Source: Patescibacteria group bacterium
Lineage (GTDB): Bacteria > Patescibacteriota > Patescibacteriia > Magasanikbacterales > GWA2-37-8
Assembly (NCBI GenBank): GCA_041651015.1
Contig: JBAZKA010000005.1
Location: 1,326-65,325 of the forward strand
Reading direction: 5' to 3'
Length of the DNA stretch: 64,000 nucleotides
A model generated the notes under the pieces. The model did not search any database. It saw only the letters and a list, made by a program, of their open reading frames with translations, and had not been told where the DNA came from. The first letter of the stretch is position 1. The number at the start of each line of letters is the position of its first letter. This document shows, in pieces, positions 19,440-29,981 of this stretch. Both the position numbers and the translations under genes were made by a program.

Positions 19440-20480
19440 TTATGCTAATTTTTCAAGAAAATTTTGTAATTCACTCGGCAGGGGAGATTCAAATTCCATT
19501 TGTTTGCCGTCCAAATCAGTAAATCCCAATTTGGCTGAATGTAAGAATAATCGTCCGCATTTTTCATCCCAGACGCGTTTTTGTTTTTTTTGAAAATACA
19601 TTGGGTCGCCAACCACAGGATGGTTGTAGGCAAACATGTGCACGCGGATTTGATGTGTTCGTCCGGTGTGGATTTTGACGCGGAGCAAGGTAAAATTGAC
19701 AAAATGTTTCTCCACCCAAAATTCTGTTTTCGCTTCTTTTCCCCGCACACCAAGCTCGCCCGGCGAGTTGGTGTGGGGCCCGGCCATTAAATTTTGCGGT
19801 TGGCCTCTAAAAGTCAAAGGGATAGCCGCCATTTTGTCGGCCGTGTCTGAACGGCCAATGGGGAAATCAATCACGCCTTCCTCGCGTTCCACTTTGCCAT
19901 GCACCAAAACCAGGTATTCTTTGTTGATTGAACGGTTTTGAAATTGTTCCTTCAGGTGTTCAAACATTTTTTGTGTGCGCGCGACAACCATTAGTCCGGA
20001 TGCTTCTTTGTCCAAGCGGTGGACAATGCCCGGGCGCATTTTGTCTTCGCCGACTTTTTTAATTTCGGTATATTTTTTTACGAGCCAGGCCGATAACGAT
20101 TCTTTTTCATTGGCCATGGTCGGGTGGGTGAGCAGGCCGGTTGGTTTGTTGACCACAATGTAATCCGGTGTTTCGGCGATGATGTATATTTTTGTCATTC
20201 CGACCGAGTCCGCCTTGGGCGGACGAGCGGAGGAATCCCTTGACGTCTTCGCAACAAGGGATCTCTCGGCTTCGCCCTGCTCCGTTCGAGATGACACGAC
20301 GACAATTTTATCCCCGTCCTTAACTTTTTCGCCATACTTTTTTGGGGCTTTCCCGTTGATTTCAATCCTATTTTCGTCAATCATTTTTTGGACTTGGGAG
20401 CGGGTGATTTTTAATTCAGACGCCAAAAAAACATCCAATCGGGCGTCGCCTGTTTTGTTGATTATGGTTTTGTCTTTCAT
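19440..20480 (-). CDS. rluD: RluA/RluD family pseudouridine synthase with two palindromic insertions
   Basis: S4 domain (RLDVFL..TRSQVQK), VNKPTGL, IVHRLDKEASGL, TGRTHQIRVH, HPVVGDPMY. Confidence 0.88.
   Translation of the reverse strand: MKDKTIINKTGDARLDVFLASELKITRSQVQKMIDENRIEINGKAPKKYGEKVKDGDKIVVVSSRTEQGEAERSLVAKTSRDSSARPPKADSVGMTKIYIIAETPDYIVVNKPTGLLTHPTMANEKESLSAWLVKKYTEIKKVGEDKMRPGIVHRLDKEASGLMVVARTQKMFEHLKEQFQNRSINKEYLVLVHGKVEREEGVIDFPIGRSDTADKMAAIPLTFRGQPQNLMAGPHTNSPGELGVRGKEAKTEFWVEKHFVNFTLLRVKIHTGRTHQIRVHMFAYNHPVVGDPMYFQKKQKRVWDEKCGRLFLHSAKLGFTDLDGKQMEFESPLPSELQNFLEKLA
19741..19778. repeat. Hairpin inserted in frame in rluD
   Basis: ccccgcacacca...ttggtgtgggg; encodes PHTNSPGELGVRG. 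Confidence 0.65.
20193..20296. repeat. REP/RPE-like element inserted in frame in rluD
   Basis: tgtcattccgaccgagtccgccttgggcggacgagcggaggaatccc...gggatctctc...gagatgaca. Confidence 0.85.
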
Positions 20481-20572
20481 AGGCCTAATCATAGCAAATA
20501 AATCTTTTTACGGCAAATAAAAATCCCCGACAGCGATTGGCCATCGGGGTTTGTCCTCCTTGTAATCGCGCG

Positions 20573-20896
20573 TTAATATCTTCGGCAACGGACGGCGAAC
20601 TTATTTAAGTAAGTGTGTACGTCACTCGGGGCAAGCGCGAATTCAATCTCGTCGCTGACTTTTAGCGCGTCGGTGATGTTTTTGGCGCCGTCAACTAATG
20701 TCGCTTTATAAAAGTTCACTCCGCCTTCGTTGTGTCTGCGCGGAGACATTTTGCGGACATCGTGGGGAATTTTTGCAATAATTCCCGAATTGAAAAAGAA
20801 CTTGTGCGGTGAACCCGGCCGCATACCGACAATAAACTCCTTACTCCCAATCGGTTCTCTGGTTTCATCACAGAGCAGAATTTCTTTTTTTATCAT
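20573..20896 (-). CDS. Hypothetical protein (107 aa)
   Basis: GAGGAGG RBS before MIKKEILL; terminator-like hairpin at about 20521-20552. Confidence 0.6.
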   Translation of the reverse strand: MIKKEILLCDETREPIGSKEFIVGMRPGSPHKFFFNSGIIAKIPHDVRKMSPRRHNEGGVNFYKATLVDGAKNITDALKVSDEIEFALAPSDVHTYLNKFAVRCRRY

Positions 20897-21010
20897 CGAA
20901 ACCCCTCCTCGCGGTTTGTTACGCCTCAGTAGATGATTGCCGGAATTAATGATAACACAAATAAATAAAAAACAATGTGGATAACTAAAAAAGACCATGA
21001 TGCGGTCTTT

Positions 21011-21085
21011 TGGTGCGCCTGGATGGATTCGGACCATCGACTTACACCTTATAAGGGTGCCACTCTACCGCTGAGTTACAGGCGC
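21011..21085 (-). tRNA. tRNA-Ile(UAU)
   Basis: GCGCCTG/CAGGCGC-A-CCA acceptor, D-stem ACTC/GAGT, anticodon arm GCACC-CT-TAT-AA-GGTGT. Confidence 0.88.
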
Positions 21086-21187
21086 TTAAGTTGCGAATAC
21101 TTTATCATTTTAATAAAAAATAATCAAGATAAAAAATTCAAGCGCGCTCCCGAGAGAACGCGCTTGCCGTAAAGAGCCTTGTTCCCA

Positions 21188-21313
21188 CTACATGTGGGAC
21201 AAAAACAGTGAGATCACGACTGCCACGGCGACTGTGGCGATCGCGACCACGACCCCGATGTCGAATTTGGACATTCTCCTCTTCGCGTCAAAATCTTTCG
21301 TTATCATAGCCAT
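21188..21313 (-). CDS. 41-aa small membrane protein (not in the ORF track)
   Basis: AAAAGGAGA RBS; MAMITKDFDAKRRMSKFDIGVVVAIATVAVAVVISLFLSHM; TTGACA upstream. Confidence 0.5.
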   Translation of the reverse strand: MAMITKDFDAKRRMSKFDIGVVVAIATVAVAVVISLFLSHM

Positions 21314-21405
21314 TTTCGATCTCCTTTTTGGGTTAGCTAGCCCTACATCATAGCACAAAATAGCCATCTTGTCAAGACCCTGGTTTTCTAGTAAAATATC
21401 AACAC

Positions 21406-21933
21406 ATGAAAGACTACAACCGCCTAATTTTTGATAAAATCAACTCCTGGCAAGGCCGTAATCCTTGGCTGGATGCTTTTGGCCGGGCCGGCGCAGAATG
21501 GGTGATTGTGGCCATGCTCGGCTGGTATGCGGCGGCAACTTTTCTCGCCTGCTGGCCGGATTGGAAATCCGCGTTTGGTCCAATTATTATCTTGGCCGGT
21601 GTTTGGGTTTTGACATGGTGTGTTGATGTCGCTATTGGTTATTTTGTGCATGAAATGCGTCCTCACATTACCGAGCCGGCCACTCGTCAATTATTTAAGC
21701 CCATGATGGGTTGGAAATCATTTCCTTCCGACCATACCATGACCGCGTTTTTGATATTTTTCACAGCTTGCGTTTTTGGTTTGGCCGGCACGCCTGCGTT
21801 GTTTGTGTTGGCGCTCTGGGCCGCTTTCGGCCGGATGTTTTCCGGCGTGCATTATCCGATTGATATTATCGGCGGAATTTCCACGGCCGGTGTCGCGGCC
21901 ATTTGGTTAAAATTTATTTTGATTTTAATATGA
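21406..21933 (+). CDS. PAP2-family phosphatase (BcrC-like)
   Basis: RP, SFPSDH and R..SGVHYPIDI motifs; TM helices. Confidence 0.88.
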   Translation: MKDYNRLIFDKINSWQGRNPWLDAFGRAGAEWVIVAMLGWYAAATFLACWPDWKSAFGPIIILAGVWVLTWCVDVAIGYFVHEMRPHITEPATRQLFKPMMGWKSFPSDHTMTAFLIFFTACVFGLAGTPALFVLALWAAFGRMFSGVHYPIDIIGGISTAGVAAIWLKFILILI

Positions 21934-22628
21934 AAGCAATAATTCTCGCCGGAGGATTGGGCACGCGTCTGCGTCCACTAACCAACGACACGCCAAAACC
22001 GCTTCTGCCAATTCAAGGGCGCCCGATTATGGAGCATGCGATTTTGAATTTAAAAAGGCATGGCATTGAAGATGTTATTTTGTCCATCGGCTATTTATCC
22101 GAAAAAATCAAAAATTATTTTGGCGCCGGAGAAAAATTGGGCGTAAATTTATCATATTTTGTGGAGACTGAACCCCTCGGCACGGGCGGGGCGATCAAAT
22201 CGGCTGCAGCCGGTATTGACGAGCCGGTTTTTGTTATTTGGGGCGATAATTTGATGGATGTAAATTATACCGAATTAATGGAAGTTTTTTTAAAATATCA
22301 AAAAACTTTGGCCATGGTTTTAACACCGCGCGAAGATGTGGAACATTTTGGTGTGGCGAAATTGGAAGGAGATAGAGTTGTGGCTTTTGTGGAAAAGCCG
22401 GCGCGTGAATCCGCGCCATCAAACCTGATCAACGCGGGCGCGATTGTTTTGAATACGGCGAGACTGGCGATTTTGCCCGAAGGCAAATCGTCCATTGAAT
22501 ATGATTTTTACGAAAAACTTGAACCCGGAGAAATAGTCGCTCACATTCATCGCGGACAGTGGTATCCGACCGATACAATGGAAAAATACAGACATGCCGA
22601 TGATAATTTCCGACCGCCGGAATTATGA
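21930..22628 (+). CDS. Sugar-phosphate nucleotidyltransferase
   Basis: MKAIILAGGLGTRLRPLT..PKPLLP, EPLGTGG, FVEKP, INAG. Confidence 0.9.
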   Translation: MKAIILAGGLGTRLRPLTNDTPKPLLPIQGRPIMEHAILNLKRHGIEDVILSIGYLSEKIKNYFGAGEKLGVNLSYFVETEPLGTGGAIKSAAAGIDEPVFVIWGDNLMDVNYTELMEVFLKYQKTLAMVLTPREDVEHFGVAKLEGDRVVAFVEKPARESAPSNLINAGAIVLNTARLAILPEGKSSIEYDFYEKLEPGEIVAHIHRGQWYPTDTMEKYRHADDNFRPPEL

Positions 22629-23488
22629 AAAATTTTTTGTTGAATTTATTTCTATTGTTTTTTATCGCGGGCATTTCGGCCGCGGGTTTTTTTTATTATA
22701 AACATACGCACGCGCCAAAAATCGCGAATATAATTATCCCGAGAAAAGAAATTGACATCACAATTATTCCGGGCTGGAATTTGCGCGACATTGCCGATGA
22801 TTGGGTGAAGAAGGGGATTGTCTCATCCACCGAAGATGTCTATGTCTTACTTGGGAAACCGGCCTATAATTACAAGGCTCACGGCGAGACCGCGCCCGTG
22901 CTTGCCCTCGCGAATAATCCGGAATGGGCCGAACTTTTTGCCGACAAGCCGAATAATGTTTCGTACGAGGGTTATCTGATGCCGGATACTTATCGCGTTT
23001 ATGCCGATGCCACGCCCGAAGATGTTCTTAAAAAAATATTTACGAATTTGAATGATAAAATTACGTCCGAGATGCGCGCGGAAATTAAAAAGAAAAATAA
23101 GACGTTTTATGAAATTTTGACCATGGCTTCGGTGGTGCAAAAAGAAGCGCCAACCAAAGAAGAAATGGCGATGGTAGCCGACATCTTCTGGCGCCGGTAT
23201 GATAAAAATTGGGCTTTGCAATCCTGCGCCACGGTTAATTACATCACCGGCAAAAATGACCCGGGTGTTAGCTCGGGCGACAAAGACATTAACTCTCTAT
23301 TTAATACTTATAAATATCCAGGCTTGCCTCTGGGCGCCATCAGCAACCCTGGTCGTGGCGCGATTGAAGCGACTATTAATCCGCAAAATAATTCCTATTG
23401 GTATTTTATGAGCGACGCGGACGGCGTCACTCATTGGGCGAGGACCTTGGATGAGCACAATTATAATGTGGCGAAATATCTAAGATAA
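22625..23488 (+). CDS. mltG: Endolytic transglycosylase MltG
   Basis: EGYLMPDTY, MASVVQKE, LQSCATV, NTYKYPGLPLGAISNPG. Confidence 0.88.
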   Translation: MKNFLLNLFLLFFIAGISAAGFFYYKHTHAPKIANIIIPRKEIDITIIPGWNLRDIADDWVKKGIVSSTEDVYVLLGKPAYNYKAHGETAPVLALANNPEWAELFADKPNNVSYEGYLMPDTYRVYADATPEDVLKKIFTNLNDKITSEMRAEIKKKNKTFYEILTMASVVQKEAPTKEEMAMVADIFWRRYDKNWALQSCATVNYITGKNDPGVSSGDKDINSLFNTYKYPGLPLGAISNPGRGAIEATINPQNNSYWYFMSDADGVTHWARTLDEHNYNVAKYLR

Positions 23489-23489
23489 C

Positions 23490-24641
23490 ATGCTTACTTC
23501 AGACTTTGATTACAATTTACCCAAAGAATTGATCGCCCAGACGCCGGCCGAACCGCGCGATAGCGCCCGCCTCATGGTGATTGATAAAAACAAAAAAAGT
23601 TTGGAGCACAAACACTTTTATGATTTGCCGGATTATTTATGTACCGGTGATTTACTTGTTTGGAACAACACCAAGGTATTTAAAGCGCGTCTGCGCGGCA
23701 CAGTTTGTTTGGATGAAAAAGTAATAAAGAACGCGCCGAAAAATAATTCCGAAGTCATTTTGAATGAACCGAAAGTGGAAATATTTTTACTTCGGCCGAT
23801 GGAGAATCGTTTTGTTTGGAAGGTGCTGGCCAAACCGGGTAAGAAATTACAATTAGGCATGAAAATTATTTTTGCCGAAGATTTTTCTTGCGAGGTGATG
23901 TTGAAAGAATCGGACGGCACCGTGCTGGTGCAGTTTGAAGATGACGATATGATCGTGCGAGAAAAAGCCAATCGTTACGGCGAAGTGCCGACCCCGCCTT
24001 ATATTCACCCTGTTAAATCCCCGCAAAGCGGGGTGGCCGCCCAAGGCGGCCAATTTAACAGGGTAAAAAAGTTAGGTGATAATGAGCGATTGGTACTGGA
24101 TTATCAAACGGTTTACGCGAAGAACGAAGGCTCGGTGGCCGCGCCGACTGCCGGTTTTCATTTTACGCCCGAACTCATTGAAAAATTGAAATCACGCGGT
24201 GTGGAGTTTGCCGAGGTGACTTTGCACGTCGGACTCGGAACTTTTCAGCCGGTCAAAGAAGAAAAGTTGGAACAACACAAAATGCACGAGGAATGGGTGG
24301 AATTGACCGATAAAAATGCAGGTTTGATTAATCAGGCCAAGTCCGAAGGCCGGCGGGTGGTCGCGGTTGGCACCACCACGACGCGCGCTTTGGAAGCGAT
24401 TGCCGATGACCAAGGTTTTGTCCGCCCGTTTTCCGGTGATATAAATATTTTTATTTATCCCGGATACAAATTTAAAATTATTGACGCGCTCATCACCAAT
24501 TTTCATTTGCCCAAGTCCACCCTGCTCATGCTCGTCTCGGCTTTTGTGGATGATCGTAAATTTATTTTGGATTGCTATGGTGAAGCCGTTGAAAATAAAT
24601 ATAGATTTTTTTCTTTCGGCGATGCCATGCTGATAAAATAA
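23490..24641 (+). CDS. queA: SAM:tRNA ribosyltransferase-isomerase
   Basis: FDYNLPKELIAQTP..RD.ARL, YQTVYA..GSVAAPTAGFHF, TLHVGLGTF, TNFHLPKSTL, YRFFSFGDAM. Confidence 0.95.
   Translation: MLTSDFDYNLPKELIAQTPAEPRDSARLMVIDKNKKSLEHKHFYDLPDYLCTGDLLVWNNTKVFKARLRGTVCLDEKVIKNAPKNNSEVILNEPKVEIFLLRPMENRFVWKVLAKPGKKLQLGMKIIFAEDFSCEVMLKESDGTVLVQFEDDDMIVREKANRYGEVPTPPYIHPVKSPQSGVAAQGGQFNRVKKLGDNERLVLDYQTVYAKNEGSVAAPTAGFHFTPELIEKLKSRGVEFAEVTLHVGLGTFQPVKEEKLEQHKMHEEWVELTDKNAGLINQAKSEGRRVVAVGTTTTRALEAIADDQGFVRPFSGDINIFIYPGYKFKIIDALITNFHLPKSTLLMLVSAFVDDRKFILDCYGEAVENKYRFFSFGDAMLIK
24007..24064. repeat. Branched palindrome inserted in frame in queA
   Basis: accctgttaaat [ccccgc aaa gcgggg][ggccgcc caa ggcggcc] atttaacagggt. 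Confidence 0.8.
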
Positions 24642-24707
24642 TTCGACACCCTCAGGTAGAGAGTGTCGCAAGTAAAGATCGTCGCTGTCTTCCGTAATTC
24701 GCCTCCA

Positions 24708-24902
24708 TTATTCCGGGTCGTCTTCGTGCCCGACCACGCAACCGCCCAGACCGCACCGTCGAGGATGGCCGACGAGCACTCCGTCCAAGCCGCTGTAATC
24801 TTCTTCCCCATTAACCACGCGGTCCAAAATTTTTTGCCACCCCTCACTGATTTTTTTCCGAAGTGCCTGGTTATTTCTGTAGTCCTTAAGTTTGATGGTC
24901 AT
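24708..24902 (-). CDS. 64-aa hypothetical protein
   Basis: GAGGAGG RBS before MTIKLKDY. Confidence 0.5.
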   Translation of the reverse strand: MTIKLKDYRNNQALRKKISEGWQKILDRVVNGEEDYSGLDGVLVGHPRRCGLGGCVVGHEDDPE

Positions 24903-24913
24903 TCTTCCTCCTC

Positions 24914-25042
24914 TCAATGTGCCGGGCAAGAACGCATGAACACAGCGAACGCCAGCACGATCCACAGGACGGCGAAAGCGATATTCCGCAGTCGCATTTC
25001 CTTTCCGAAGTATTTTTCCAACCAAGTTATTTGCCGCATCAT
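24914..25042 (-). CDS. 42-aa small membrane protein
   Basis: ATGA overlap with the upstream ORF; MMRQITWLEKYFGKEMRLRNIAFAVLWIVLAFAVFMRSCPAH. Confidence 0.45.
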   Translation of the reverse strand: MMRQITWLEKYFGKEMRLRNIAFAVLWIVLAFAVFMRSCPAH

Positions 25043-25176
25043 GGCCTTTTTCTCCATCTGGGAATCGGGAGCGACTCCGCGATTATCTCCGTGGTCACAC
25101 ATACGACCGTGACGGCTGCGAAGAAAATCGCGACAGCATATGCACCCGCGCTCATGTTCCAAGTTTTGTTACCCAT
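25039..25176 (-). CDS. 45-aa small membrane protein (not in the ORF track)
   Basis: GAGGAGG RBS; MGNKTWNMSAGAYAVAIFFAAVTVVCVTTEIIAESLPIPRWRKRP. Confidence 0.5.
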   Translation of the reverse strand: MGNKTWNMSAGAYAVAIFFAAVTVVCVTTEIIAESLPIPRWRKRP

Positions 25177-25329
25177 GGGACCTCCTCTGTGAAATGTGCC
25201 GTGGCGGCATTGTTTGTTTGTATCCTACTTTATCATCAAAATCATGTCAAACCCCTCACTCAGAAATTTGAGTGAGGGGTCAACAAAAAAATCGCTCCAT
25301 AGAAATGAAGCGATTTTTGATAGTAGATT

Positions 25330-25752
25330 TTATTCAACAGTCAAACCCATGTTTTTGGCCGTGCCTTCCACCATTTTCATCGCTGATTCAATATTGGTGG
25401 TATTCATATCTTGGATTTTGGCAGTGGCGATTTCACGGATTTGCGCTTTTGTGATTTTGCCAACCTTGTCTTGCAAAGGTTTGGCCGAACCCTTCGGGAG
25501 TTTCAAAACTTTTTTGATCATGTCCGCGACCGGCGCGGCTTTCATAATAAAGCTGAAACTGCGGTCATCGTAAACAGTGATAATCACCGGTACGACTTCG
25601 CCTTTTTTGTCCTGGGTTTTGTCATTGAACTCTTTGCAGAAGCCGGCGATATTCACACCGTGCTGGCCGAGAGCCGGACCGACCGGCGGGGCCGGGTTGG
25701 CGGCGCCACCGATAATTTGCAATTTGATTTGCGTAAGTACTTTCTTAGCCAT
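25330..25752 (-). CDS. rplK: 50S ribosomal protein L11
   Basis: [24 protein letters not shown]. Confidence 0.97.
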   Translation of the reverse strand: MAKKVLTQIKLQIIGGAANPAPPVGPALGQHGVNIAGFCKEFNDKTQDKKGEVVPVIITVYDDRSFSFIMKAAPVADMIKKVLKLPKGSAKPLQDKVGKITKAQIREIATAKIQDMNTTNIESAMKMVEGTAKNMGLTVE

Positions 25753-25820
25753 AGAAATATTATTTAATTCGTTTTATCTGTTGAGAAGCCCCTGCGTAAA
25801 CAGGGCAACAGGTTGAATGA

Positions 25821-26366
25821 TTATATCTTTTTTACCTGCAAGGCGTCAAGTTCCACCGGTGTTTCGCGTCCGAACATAGTCACCATGACTTTGATCTTTC
25901 CGCGTTCTTGGTCAACCGCGCTGACCTTGCCTTCAAAGTTTTTGAACGGACCATCGCTGATGCGAATGACATCGTTGACTTCCAAATCAATGGTGTGCTG
26001 TGGTTCGGCAGCCGAGACGCGCTTCATCAGACTCTCAACTTCTTTGGCGTCAATCGGAGTTGGTGTGGTGCCCGAGCCGATAAAGCCGGTAACGTTCGGG
26101 GTGTTGCGCACCACATACCAGGAATCATCAGTGACAACCATTTCCACCAGCACATAGCCTGGGAAGATTTTTTCTTCAATGGTGGTGCGTTTGCCGTTTT
26201 TGATTTTAATTCTTTTTTCTTTCGGGACGAGTACACCGAAAATTTTGTCCTTCATGTCAAAAGATTCAATGCGTTGTTCCAAAGAGCTTTTGACGTTTTC
26301 TTCGTATCCGCTGTAAGTGTGAAGCACATACCAACGGCGCCCCAAGTTTAGTGTTTGTTTAGCCAT
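25821..26366 (-). CDS. nusG: Transcription factor NusG
   Basis: WYVLHTYSGYE, FPGYVLVEM, VRNTPNVTGF, KOW domain, MFGRETPVEL. Confidence 0.97.
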   Translation of the reverse strand: MAKQTLNLGRRWYVLHTYSGYEENVKSSLEQRIESFDMKDKIFGVLVPKEKRIKIKNGKRTTIEEKIFPGYVLVEMVVTDDSWYVVRNTPNVTGFIGSGTTPTPIDAKEVESLMKRVSAAEPQHTIDLEVNDVIRISDGPFKNFEGKVSAVDQERGKIKVMVTMFGRETPVELDALQVKKI

Positions 26367-26376
26367 ATAGGTTGGT

Positions 26377-26562
26377 TTAACGTGCGATTAATTTCTCCAA
26401 CCCAAGGTTGAAAATATAATCCAGCGCCACAAAAAATAAAGCAAATCCGACTGATAACGCGATGACCAACACCGAATAATTCAGTGTTTGCTTTTTGGTC
26501 GGCCAGGAAACTTTTTTGGCTTCGTTCCACGCACTCGTAAAATAGTTGATGATTTTGCTCAT
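26377..26562 (-). CDS. secE: Preprotein translocase subunit SecE
   Basis: EAKKVSWPTKK plus one TM helix, directly upstream of nusG. Confidence 0.92.
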   Translation of the reverse strand: MSKIINYFTSAWNEAKKVSWPTKKQTLNYSVLVIALSVGFALFFVALDYIFNLGLEKLIAR

Positions 26563-26625
26563 AGCAAATTAATAATTAATATTTAGCATTTTGCCAAATA
26601 TGAGAAGTATTTATTATTTAAGAGG

Positions 26626-26655
26626 GCTTGCCCGGCGTAGCACAGCGAAGCCGGG
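26626..26655. repeat. REP-like hairpin (GCTTGCCCGGCGTAGC..GCGAAGCCGGG)
   Basis: Same family as the rnpB insertions. Confidence 0.6.
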
Positions 26656-26791
26656 GACTTAAAAACGGCCTGTGGCCGGTATGGGGATACTATACATTAT
26701 ATAGGGGGATTTGTCAAGGGGGCGTGTTAACAAAAAAATCGCCCCGTTTCCGGAGCGATTTTTCTATATTCAGTATTCTAGATTCATCATT

Positions 26792-29011
<2,220 letters not shown>

Positions 29012-29063
29012 CTAAATATACAGAATTTATGTGATTATTTTATCATTATATATGACTATTGGC

Positions 29064-29081
29064 AAGGCGCAAGTTGTGGGT
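29064..29081 (+). repeat. 18-bp direct repeat, left copy
   Basis: aaggcgcaagttgtgggt; 17/18 identical to 31573-31590. Confidence 0.55.
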
Positions 29082-29231
29082 GGAATGCGATTGTTGATTA
29101 GTCATGGCAATAACGAACCAGCCGTTAGACATGCGGTAAATCAATATTTTATATTTCAAATTTACGGCCGATATGTTATTATAAATTAATATAGAATTAT
29201 TATGGCACAATACAGCTAAAGTCAAATAATT

Positions 29232-29711
29232 ATGATTACTTTTCGTCCTCATATTAGAGCAGATATACCTTTTCGCGTTAAGTGGCTCAATAACAAGAAT
29301 GCCTCTGTTTACGCCGTGGATGATCCCGGCAAGACTACAGACATTCCGCAACAAACAAAATGGTTTGATGATTATGAACAAAACCCCGCCAAGAGTTTTT
29401 TGACTATTTGTGATGATATAACCCCAATCGGTTTTATGGGTTTGACAGAGATTGATAATATCAAAAAAACAGCAAGCATTTTTATTTTAATTGGGGAGGA
29501 CGAATACCGTGGTAAAGGGATTGGTAAAACCGCTTTGCAGCATTTAATTGATGTTGCTGTTAAGCAAGAGCATCTTGTTTTTTTGAATTTAGGAGTAGAC
29601 AAGCGCAATATTGTGGCAATTAAGTTGTACCAGTCATTAAATTTTTTTACAGTGGCTGAGAATGATAAAGAAATTTTTATGCGTTTGGACAATGGTGGCC
29701 ATCTTGACTAA
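29232..29711 (+). CDS. GNAT acetyltransferase (RimJ/RimL-like)
   Basis: PIGFMGL, ILIGEDEYRGKGIG, N..AIKLYQSLNF. Confidence 0.85.
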   Translation: MITFRPHIRADIPFRVKWLNNKNASVYAVDDPGKTTDIPQQTKWFDDYEQNPAKSFLTICDDITPIGFMGLTEIDNIKKTASIFILIGEDEYRGKGIGKTALQHLIDVAVKQEHLVFLNLGVDKRNIVAIKLYQSLNFFTVAENDKEIFMRLDNGGHLD

Positions 29712-29780
29712 AATCGTTTTATTGGTGTATTATTTTATCGATAAACCTCAATCTCGGGGTTTACAAAGGAGGGTTGGGTC

Positions 29781-29900
29781 ATGAAGAAGACTCCGCAGAA
29801 AGTCTCGACCAATGTTGTTCATGTATGCTTCAAGGGCAACCGAAAGGTGGTGCGCGCCACGCGCGAATCGATCGGTGCCATGAAGTACAAGGGCGAATAG
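29781..29900 (+). CDS. 39-aa putative RiPP precursor peptide (not in the ORF track)
   Basis: AAAGGAGG RBS; MKKTPQKVSTNVVHVCFKGNRKVVRATRESIGAMKYKGE; directly upstream of the radical SAM gene. Confidence 0.65.
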   Translation: MKKTPQKVSTNVVHVCFKGNRKVVRATRESIGAMKYKGE

Positions 29901-29919
29901 TCGCCCGGACAGCTCAACC

Positions 29920-29955
29920 AGTGGCGGAGAGGACTGAAAACCCTCCGCCACTTTT
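29920..29955 (+). terminator. Hairpin between peptide and radical SAM genes (leaky terminator or mRNA stabiliser)
   Basis: agtggcggag...ctccgccact followed by ttt. Confidence 0.6.
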
Positions 29956-29981
29956 CTTAACAAGAGGAAAAAGGAGAGAGA

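Noticed and set aside
20977-20985. DnaA-box-like TGTGGATAA (also near 51347) as oriC
   Set aside because: Isolated copies with no cluster and no dnaA nearby.
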